From Balamuthia mandrillaris (Eukaryota): a DNA stretch of 64,000 nucleotides. The DNA is taken from positions 124,001 through 188,000 of the forward strand of contig JAVKOQ020000010.1 in NCBI GenBank assembly GCA_031835245.2, read 5' to 3'. A program made the translations under genes and the position numbers. The notes below the pieces were generated by a model. The model saw only the letters and a list, made by a program, of their open reading frames with translations. It was not told the DNA's origin and searched no databases. Below, piece after piece: positions 55,317-64,000 of this stretch. Every line of letters starts with the position of its first letter. The stretch's first letter is position 1.

Positions 55317-57482
55317 ATGAACCTCTACTTTGGGGCCAACCAGGAGGCAGCATGCTGTGCCCCAGCACCCTCGCGGCCAACAGCGGACGGAGAGGGACAT
55401 GTAGAGCTGGCTAAGCAACGTGTGGAGGCATTGTCTGGCGTGGAGGCAGTCTTGCGACGGATTTTGTTGGAAGAAGATCGCAGCCTGCGAAGAGAGCTTG
55501 TACAGTGGCTGGCCGACTCCTTTGCCCTATTAGACGAGGTGCTTTCACCTACCTCCAAGGCTGAGTGCATACTACGGTTCTTTGGGCGAGAGGAGGATGT
55601 TGCCCGTCTTTCTCGCTCTAGCAGCGAACCTTGCAGCTTTCTACCAACGTACTCGTCTCCCTCTCCTGCTCTCTTTCTCCTTTTAAACCAGTATCTCACA
55701 TTGAGCTGCTAACGACTGAATAGCTACACAGAAGCTCTGCTGCAGCTACTCTGCCAAAGGCGTCCAGAGCAAGTATTGGAGGAGCTACTTGCTTTGCGGC
55801 CAGGTTTCGTTCGCAGTTTCTTTATGGGCCGTGATGCAAGCTCAACGACTGAACGGAGACACCGCAACCATGACGCACAAGAAGATGAAGAAGAGGCAAA
55901 AGAAAGGGCTGAACAACGGGAAAGAAGTGAACGACGGATAGCTGCTTGGTTTGACTATATGGCACCTCGTGGCGGTGACAAACCTGTGAAGGGAGGACAA
56001 GCGTTGGAGCAGTATTGCTTGCGGCATCGTGGCTCATTGTGGCATGCCCTTGCATGGAAGCGCGGGCAGTCCTCTGTATCACCTGTCATGGCTGCTCACG
56101 TTCGTTCCAAGTTCTCCCGTCTCGATGTGATAGCCACCATGAACAATTTTCTCCACGGGACAACTTCCTCCCGTAACAGTGATGAAGATAACGACGGTGA
56201 CAGCGATGGTCGGCATGGCGGAGATAGAGATATTCATCGTGCTCTACTCAGCTTTTGGCAAAGCGACATATTGCAGCAGAACATACTAAGTGCTGCCCTC
56301 GAGTTTGTAGAGTTGGAGGTTAGATTCTTCGTTGATCTTCTGATGTGTTTGCTCTTCCGGGAAGATGAGGAACCCCCTCAGCAAACAACTAGAACAACCT
56401 ACCGGAGAATGCAACAAGGAAGCTCTATCAATAGGCTGTTGCATCGCTATTTACAGGAGGAAAACATGCAATTGCTATGCAAGCACCTATTGCCTTGCCT
56501 GGATGATCAGAAGCTATTGGCATTCTACCACAACCTGGTCGCTGTGTTGGAACGCTATTCGCATCTTAACGATGATGAAGGCGGCTGCCAAAGGACTCCC
56601 CTTACTCCCGTCCAACGCAGCACCCGGTTTGTGCTCTTCGATTGCAAATGGCAAACCCTAGACGACGTTTTGCTCTACAGCGCTCTTTGCAATCATAGAA
56701 CGCTTGTGATCTCCCTCATAACCGGCGGTGCTGCTTATGCTCAGGGTGCAACTAGCACAAAGCTGAATGTGAATGTGAAGAAGAAGAAGCATAAAAGAAA
56801 AAAAGAGGAGGAGGACGAGAAGGACGAGTCCGTTGAAGAAAATTCTGCAAATATGCAGCTGATGAGCTCAGCGGCATTTACGGAGGTGCTCGCTCGGCAG
56901 GATATCGATAGAGCAAGTCATCAGTGCTTACTGCGGTTATTACTTGCGAGATTAGAACAAGCAGAACAAACCGCGGCAACAGAAGCAGAAGCTCACCAGC
57001 CTACCTCCCGGCCGGAAGAAGGATTAAGGAAGCGCAAACGAACAGCCGGTTCCGCCAGCTCTCCTCACGATGAACCAGCCAAGCTGAAAAGGGGAGAAGG
57101 CAGCAGTGGGATCGCCGTAGAGCGGAGAGCCCACCTGTTGCAGAACAGGCGAGAGCTCGCCAGATTTATGTTACTGGAGTGTTTCACGTTGCAGTTCAAG
57201 CTAAACGTGCTGCTGGGAGATGCTCGCAAGGCTCACCGCCTATTGCGGAAAGTGCTGCAGCGGGAGGGCGTTCCTTTCGAGCAGGTCTATAGCCAAGTAC
57301 CTCCTCGATTGCCAGAGGGGAAAAAAGATAAGAAGAAGCACAGGAAAGAGAAAAACAGGGAGTTTATTGGCTGGAAGTTCCCTGCGTCAGGCAGCGGCGG
57401 CCAATCCACCTACAGCACGTTGGATGTTCCCCCGTTTCTGAGCGCTTTGTTATTCGAGCATTTTAGCCATAATATCCCCTAG
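55317..57482 (+). CDS. Uncharacterised protein
   Basis: Short 5' exon(s) plus a long open exon of about 570 codons with helical, globular segments and basic NLS-like tracts. 5' exon structure uncertain. Confidence 0.75.
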
Positions 57483-57924
57483 CTCTGCTCCCTCTGTTTC
57501 AAAGCTCCCTCCCTCCAACCGATGGGCACCTGCCTTGGCGCCCCCCGATCGCGCGCGCCCATAAGACGTCTCATGGCAACGCCCACGGATCAAATTAGAC
57601 TTGTTTTTTTTTCCGAATTTGATAAAATGTTTAAGTTAACAGGTTGTTAGGCAACAGCCCATTTACCCAAAAGGGGGAGTAGCCTGGTTACCTCCCCTGC
57701 CCCTGCCCCCATTGGTTGTCTGGCAGATATTGCGCATCTCTCTCGGCTGAAATCACCCATCTGCTGCGTTGGTTTTGTCGCAGCAGCAATCTCTCATTTC
57801 TTATTTTTTCAGAAAGAGAAAAAAAAACAGTCAAAAAAAAGTGAAAGCTCATTACCCGCTTGGCTTCCCCCCTTGTTGTTGTTGACCCCCTTCTCTTGGG
57901 GAGGGAGGAACCTCCAAAAGAAGT

Positions 57925-60137
57925 ATGAGTCTTATCAAGGAACAAGCTAGTGAGCACATAGTTCGCTGGTACGTGAAGCCCGCTTTTTCGTTGCCCTTTT
58001 GTTCTTGTTGGCCAAAGTTCATATTTTCCACCACCACCACCACTTTGGTTGGAGAAGTATTTGCGTTCTAATCTTTTCATTGCGATCCAACGGATCATAT
58101 CACACCAGGCTTCGCCAAACGTTTGAGATGAAGCCGGACGGCACGTCCTATCCAAAATCTTTGGTCTATCAGGAGTACGTTACCCATTGCGAACAACATA
58201 GTATGAAGCCAACAACAGCGGCTGCTTTTGGGAAACTCATGCGGATGGCCTTTCCAGGACTGCAGTGTCGAAGGAAGGGACCCAGAGGTGAGGCTAAGCA
58301 TCACTACAAAGATTTTGGGCCGCAGCGGCTTACTTTCACAGCCACCGCTACCTCATCCTCCCCCTCCTCAACCTCTTCCTCAGCCTCTGCCTCTATCTCT
58401 TCCTCCTTGCCATCAACCCCCTCCTCATCTACTTCACTGATTCCTATGGACGCTTTCTCTCAACTCCCGCATCCCTCTTCCAACAGAAGAGCATCCTTCC
58501 CATCGCTAACAGCTTCTCCTGAGAGACCACGCCAAACCCACTACCATCGCCAACAATTTCAAAGCCAAGGGAACTTTCATGTATATAATCCTGAACCTGT
58601 GCAACGAGCATCCCATCCTGATCTCTCACTCCTTCGCTTTTCTCCCATTTCACCCAGTCAAAACATCGAACGTTTCTCCCAGCTTGAAAGCCGTACGGTT
58701 GGCGCGTTCCCTATTCGACACCCCTCCATGATAAACCCGGTAGGAGAACCAACTGCAGCAGGGGAAGCAGGTGGAGGAGGCCATCGCATTCCTATCGCCC
58801 AAATCTTATCGAAAGAAGAACGCCCTAAACGGAAACGAAAGCCGGAGATGGAATCCGAGGACACAGAGGTGATTGCGTACATCATGGAGTGCCGAGCCGC
58901 CACACCTACTCCCATGAACAGTGCCAAAGAGGAAGAAGGCAAAGGGGATGAAGAGGGGGAGGAGGAGGAGGAGGAAGAGTCTAGAGATGTACACACAGCA
59001 CAACGCTACAAGTTTGACAAGCGAGGTAATTTATCCCAAGATAGACTCAAACGAGACAAATCCGGTCGCTCATCAGAGAAAAGGTTCCGACAAAGTGACG
59101 ACAGCTCAGATAGTGGCCCAGATGATGGTATCCATCTTTCAACGCAACCATCCTCTTCCACCTATTTTCAAAGTGGCTTCGAAGAAGAGATGGCGGCTGG
59201 GTGGAAGGAACAGGGTGAGCACTCTGGTGATATTTGCAAACTCCAAAGTAATCCTCGTCCTAGGGACGTTTTGCCCCGGGTTGTTGACTGGTAGGTGTTC
59301 TTGCTGCTATCTTTAAATTTCATCTTTCCCACATCCGCTCTAAGCCCTGTTTCCTCCTCCACCCTCAACAGGATAAACGAAACCTTTGAAACCAGCACTT
59401 CGCTGGATGCTGTTCTCCCCAAAAAGTTTGTGTACCAGCAATACGTCAACCATTGCAACGACAACGGACTGCCTCCCACCAACTCGGCCACCTTCGGCAA
59501 AATCCTTCGCAGCGTTTTTCCTCACCTCAAGACTCGGCGGTTAGGCTCCCGAGGCCACACCAAGCATCATTATCATGGAATTCGCCTCCGCGGCGCTGAA
59601 CCCATAGCAACAGCCACCACGACAACTTCTTCCTCAGTTCTGTTTCACCCCATTGTCCCAGCGCCTTCCATGCAAACAAACTCCTCCCATCCACCAGCCT
59701 TCAGCCCTCTATTCTCGGCTCTGTCACAGCATCAGTTCAGCAACGTCGGATCAGATCCGTCAACGTCCTCTTCCTCTTCGTCTTCATGCTCGCCAGTGTC
59801 TTCGCCGTTGCCTCCAACCCACTCTCCTCCATCTCTGCCATTATTGCCCAGCATCGATCAAGCCATTGGTAGCCATCACTCCTTCAGCGTGGATCGGAGA
59901 TTGTTTGCCAGTGGAGTGCTAACCCCTCCCCGTCTTGACTCTTCATTGGCACCACCCATCACCCCCTCCACCGAAACCTCATCGCCCTTCCACCCCCAAT
60001 ACCACCACCGCCATCCCCACCAGCAGCAGCACCCCCAGCCCAGGCAGAGCACTGACCGTCCTCCACAAGGGAATGAATTTTTGTTACAGCGGTCTGCGTC
60101 TTCCTCTCCTCTTCCTCGGCGTAGCGAGTGGCTATGA
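57925..60137 (+). CDS. Transcription factor with two RFX winged-helix DNA-binding domains
   Basis: Domain 1: IVRW|LRQTF...PKSLVYQEYVTHC...AAAFGKLMRMAFPGLQCRRKGPRGEAKHHY. Domain 2: VVDW|INETF...PKKFVYQQYVNHC...NSATFGKILRSVFPHLKTRRLGSRGHTKHHYHGIR. Confidence 0.88.
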
Positions 60138-60139
60138 CC

Positions 60140-60495
60140 GCTCCTCCTCCTCCTCCTCCTCCTCCCCTCCTCCTCCCTCCTCCTCCTCCTCCTCTCCTCC
60201 TCCTCCTCCCTCCCTCCCTCCTCCTCCTCCTCCCTCCCTCCCTCCCTCCTCCCCTCCTCCTCCTCCCTCCTCTCCTCCTCCTCTCCTCCTCCTCCTCCTC
60301 CTCCCCCCCTCCTCCTCCTCCTCCTCTCCTCCTCTCCTCTCCTCCTCCTCCTCCTCCTCCTCCTCCTCCTCCCTCCTCCCTCCCTCCTCCTCCTCCCTCC
60401 TCCTCCTCCTCCTCCTCCTCCTCCTCCTCCTCCTCCTCCTCCTCCTCCTCCTCCTCCTCCTCCCTCCTCCTCCTCCTCCTCCTCCTCCTCCTCCT
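60140..60495. repeat. About 355-bp pure polypyrimidine (CCT)n-like tract
   Basis: Only C and T on the + strand, immediately after the RFX stop codon. Confidence 0.95.
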
Positions 60496-60744
60496 TGTAA
60501 AGAAAAACTGAAACGGAATAAAAAGAAATGTGGGTCCGGCAGCAGCAGCAGAACCCACTGCGATTTTGACCATGATGGGCGGCAGCAAGCCTTGCCCATA
60601 CATACGCCACTGATACTACGCTTCTTCTCTCTCTTCCCCTCGTTCTCTTTCTCTCGCTCCCTCCCTCTCTCTCTTCTCTCTCTCTTCTTCTCGTTCTCTT
60701 CTGCTTCTCTTCTCTTCTGCTTCTCTTCTCTTCTGCTTCTCTTC

Positions 60745-60935
60745 TGTTCTCTTCATCGTTCTCTTCATCGTTCTCTTCATCGTTCTCTTCATCGTTCTCT
60801 TCTCTTCATCGTTCTCTTCATCGTTCTCTTCTCCTCTATCGTTCTCTTCTCTTCATCGTTCTCTTCATCGTTCTCTTCATCGTTCTCTTCTCTTCTCTTC
60901 ATCGTTCTCTTCTCTTCTCTTCTCTTCATCGTTCG
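60745..60935. repeat. Minisatellite with about 12-bp unit TTCTCTTCATCG
   Basis: Tandem copies with variants, upstream of CD2BP2. Confidence 0.9.
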
Positions 60936-61026
60936 CTTCTCTTCTCTTCTCTCTTTTTGGAGGGAAAGTGCGGGGAAAAATATTTTGGCCACGGAAGAGA
61001 GAAAGCAGAAAGGGAGGGTGAGCAAG

Positions 61027-61752
61027 ATGGAAGAGGGTGCTGCTGCTGCTGCGGGTGGTGCATCCCCTCTTACCGCCAGTGCTGGCACCAAAAGACGCAC
61101 CCCCGAGGATAAAGAACAAGAGGGAGAGCCCCAAAGGGGTGAGAGCAGCAAGAAAAGGGTTCGCTTCGCAGTGGAGGAGACGGGAGAGGAGCAGGGAGAG
61201 GAGCAGCAGACGGAGGAAGACCTCCAACAACAACGAAGCGCCAAAGAGGCAAGGCAACGACGCGCTGCAGAAAGGAGACAAACAGGCAAGCAAAAGGTGA
61301 AGCAGCCTTCGGGACGGTTCGAGCAGACCTTTGACGAGAATGCAGATTTTGGGAGGACGGATTATGAGGGCAACGAAGTGGTGGAGGGAGAAGAACGGGC
61401 AGAGGACGAGGCCTCCCTCGCTACAGAAGGTGTTGAAGTAGAGCCCTTCAACCTGGACGCTGAGCGAGGAGAGGGCTACTTTGAGGGTGGTCACTTTGTC
61501 TTTGGAAAACAGTCCGCAAAAGGCGAAGAGGCTGAGGAGGACGAGGACGAGGACGAGGACGAGGGGCGCAAGCAGCAAAGAAGAAGAAAGAACGAGTGGG
61601 GAGAGGACATAGAGAGCTCTGGCAGCGAAGAGGAGCCACACCTCGTTAACGAGGATGACCGGCCGGATGACCTACAGGCCGACGCTTGGCTGCAAGATGT
61701 CACAACTCTTGCCACCAACAAGGTTTGTTTTTTGTTCACTTGAGTCCTCTCC

Positions 61753-61790
<38 letters not shown>

Positions 61791-62504
61791 AAAATAAGCT
61801 AGTGCGTTGCTAACATACACTTTTATTCGATAACTGTGGTCATATGTGCATAGCATTGGCGACCGTTGACCTCTACCACACCAAGAACCAGAACAAAGGT
61901 TGCCAGCAGTCGGAGAGGAAAAGAGATAGAAGAGGAAGAAGAGGAAGAAGAGAAGACAGCAGACCCAACTCAACTTAAACAAACCATAGTGGCAACGCTG
62001 CAGCCAAGGGAGACAGTGCGAGAGGCCATTGTACGGTTGGGTGCCATCCTTAAGGAGGAACGCAAAGCGCTGGGAATAAAAGAGGCCTCCCAGTCACCAA
62101 CCTATCAAGCCACGAAGCAACAGCTAGACCAGCTGACAGGAGCAGCAGGCAGTCTCATGGACCAAGGCTGGACCAACGTCTATGACTATACAAAGGAGAG
62201 AGTTGCTAGCTCGCTTCCGAGTTCCTCTTCATCACCATCCTCTTCTACTTCTTCTTGTTCTTCTTCTTCTTCTTCTTCTTCTTCGCTGTCGTCTTCTGCA
62301 GCAGAATCCGGAAGCAGAGAAGTACAATGGGAGTACAAGATGAAGGCGGATGGGGAGATTTTTGGACCCTATCCCACTCACATCATTCAGCAGTGGGTGA
62401 AGCAAGGCTTCTTCTTTGGGGAAAACGTGGCGCTGATACGGCAGGTGGCTCCCGCAGGGCAGTCTCCCCGCCCCTTTCGCCCTTCCGATACCATCCAATG
62501 GTGA
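61027..62504 (+). CDS. CD2BP2: CD2BP2/U5-52K/Lin1 (GYF-domain U5 snRNP protein)
   Basis: KKRVRF, EVEPFNLDAERGEGYF, DAWLQ, LQPRETVREAIVRLG, QWEYK...IFGPY...QWVKQGFF. Confidence 0.9.
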
Positions 62505-62816
62505 TGAACGCAGTCCATCACCAGCCACAAAGGAAGAGGGGGGGGGGCTCTCATGTATGTAAGTTGATGGCAACGCTGGTTGAAGTGGTACAGAAGGAGA
62601 CGTGCTATCCTTTTCTCTATTGTATAAACAAACATGCTTATCCTCATCCTTCCATCTTCTTCTGCTTGTGACATGTGCACTCCAAAATGCTCTAGAAATA
62701 GAGGCCAAAGAGGGTATACTGTATGCTGTACAAGAAGCACAACAACAACCACAATGACAACAAGTTTATTAGTATCCTAATGGTCGTGGTTGGGTTGGTG
62801 ATGGTAGTGGAGTGGA

Positions 62817-63452
62817 TTAGTGTGGTTGGCGTTGGCGCAACGCCCCTTGCTCTTCTTCTGTCTCTCCTTCTTGCAGTTGCTGCGTGTTGGTGGGAACAGA
62901 GGAAGAAGAGGAGGAAGAGGAGGAAGAGGAAGTGGTGGCATGGTCTTGGGCTTGCTCGTCCGAAACAAGGTAGCCAACAAGGTCATACTTCATTTCGAAG
63001 CTCTGCTCCCAGTCGTTGAGGGCGTCGAGCTCAGACCAGGAAAGACCCTCCAGGGAGGTATTGTCCATGTCTTTCTCTTCAAGGCTGCCAAGGGCCAAGG
63101 CACGGCTGGCGTCACGTCCTGCAAAGAGGTGGTAGGGTCCACCGGGTCCATAGAACTGGGGTCTGCTGGAGACGTCATAGATGCGTCCCTTTATGCAGAC
63201 ATAGATGGGCGTGTCTTGGCTGCTTCCGTCGTACTTGCGCAGCTCTTGGGCAGTGAAGTTGCGCGGGATGGGCTTGGGGCGGGGTTGATAGGTGGGTCGG
63301 GTGGCTGGGGGAGGCGCCCTTGCCGACAAGAATATTTCCTTGAGCAACCAAAGGATTACAGCCAGCAGCATGCCGTAGACTATGACTTCCCAGGTGGCCA
63401 GCTCATGCACCTCTCCCTCTACCGGGTTTTTCACGTCGTTTAGTGGTTCCAT
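62817..63452 (-). CDS. Membrane-associated progesterone receptor/cytochrome b5-like heme-binding protein (PGRMC1/Dap1 family)
   Basis: N-terminal TM segment; FTAQELRKYDG, KGRIYDVS, FYGPGGPYHLFAGRDASRALA, LNDWEQSFEMKY. Intronless. Confidence 0.93.
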   Translation of the reverse strand: MEPLNDVKNPVEGEVHELATWEVIVYGMLLAVILWLLKEIFLSARAPPPATRPTYQPRPKPIPRNFTAQELRKYDGSSQDTPIYVCIKGRIYDVSSRPQFYGPGGPYHLFAGRDASRALALGSLEEKDMDNTSLEGLSWSELDALNDWEQSFEMKYDLVGYLVSDEQAQDHATTSSSSSSSSSSSVPTNTQQLQEGETEEEQGALRQRQPH

Positions 63453-63805
63453 TGCAGCGGCAGCAGCAGTAGCACAAGCAGCAGTAGTACAAGCAGGAGG
63501 AGGCAGCAAGGAAAACGTTGTAGCGCTCTCGGTTGAGGAGGAGGAGGAGGAGGAGGCCAGGCAGCTGGCAGGCGGTGGCGGTGTGGTGAGCTTCCACGAG
63601 GTGGTGGGTGAGGAGTGGGGCGGCGCATTGGGGGGGTGTCAATGACCAATGCTTGGGGGGTGGGGCTTCCCGTTTGTTGACCTAATATGATAATAGCATC
63701 CCCATTTGCTGACCTTGCTCGTATGTTCGCAGGAGATGCCAGCTAACGCAGCGCTGCTCTTCTTGGCAGGCTCTTCGCATAATAGAGGACTCGCATAGCA
63801 GCAGC

Positions 63806-64000
63806 ATGGGTAACGCGCCAAGTGCGGCAACAGAGCAGCCGCCTTTTCTGGAGCAGCGTGTGGAGCTCCTAGAAAAGGAGTTGGCACAACTGAAAGAACT
63901 GCTATCGGCACATGAAGCACTCAAGGGGTCTTCTTCAGCCAACAAGAGAAAGCGTAAGCAACAAAGTTTAGCGGAGGAGGAAGGGAAGAGGGAGCAGGCT
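63806..64000 (+). CDS. 5' end of a coiled-coil protein (runs off the window)
   Basis: MGNAPSAATEQPPFLEQRVELLEKELAQLKELLSAHEALKGSSSANKRKRK. Heptad pattern, NLS-like tract and MGxxxS start; divergent from the PGRMC-like gene. Confidence 0.6.
   Translation, partial: MGNAPSAATEQPPFLEQRVELLEKELAQLKELLSAHEALKGSSSANKRKRKQQSLAEEEGKREQA

Noticed and set aside
60745..60935. Tandem repeat as a CRISPR array
   Set aside because: No unique spacers, low complexity, eukaryotic context, no cas genes.
59935..61743. 602-aa ORF and overlapping poly-P/S/E/G/R ORFs
   Set aside because: The stop-free frames come from the C/T repeats. Only the part from 61027 (CD2BP2 exon 1) looks like real protein.

Overview
Gene-dense, intron-rich eukaryotic nuclear DNA, not prokaryotic. 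The six-frame ORFs are mostly single exons or microsatellite artefacts. Joining exons across GT-AG introns gives about 26 protein-coding genes: RPN6 (partial), VPS51, a large USP9/24/34-type deubiquitinase, RPS23, an R3H/G-patch protein, an intronless kinase, a DOMON/Cu-monooxygenase/DOMON/cytochrome b561 fusion, a C2-ankyrin protein, SUMO, ZNHIT3, an SLC25 carrier, BLES03-like, an SDR, an Shk-type TKL-SH2 kinase, NDUFV2, V-ATPase E, ATG10, a Frizzled/Smoothened-like GPCR, an intronless YwqG/DUF1963-like gene, INTS2, CHAF1B, CUL2, an uncharacterised protein, a double-RFX factor, CD2BP2, a PGRMC-like protein, and the start of one more gene. The gene set (Shk kinase, Fsl-type GPCR, Integrator, RFX) suggests an amoebozoan; this is inference. 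Best leads: (1) a dopamine-beta-hydroxylase-like enzyme fused to its own trans-membrane electron donor; (2) a clear AT-AC minor-spliceosome intron in INTS2; (3) a recurrent promoter motif, CATGTCGACNNGA; (4) a tandem RFX protein whose two domains share an intron position. All family assignments come from motif recognition by eye with no database search. CDS coordinates span start to stop and include introns.
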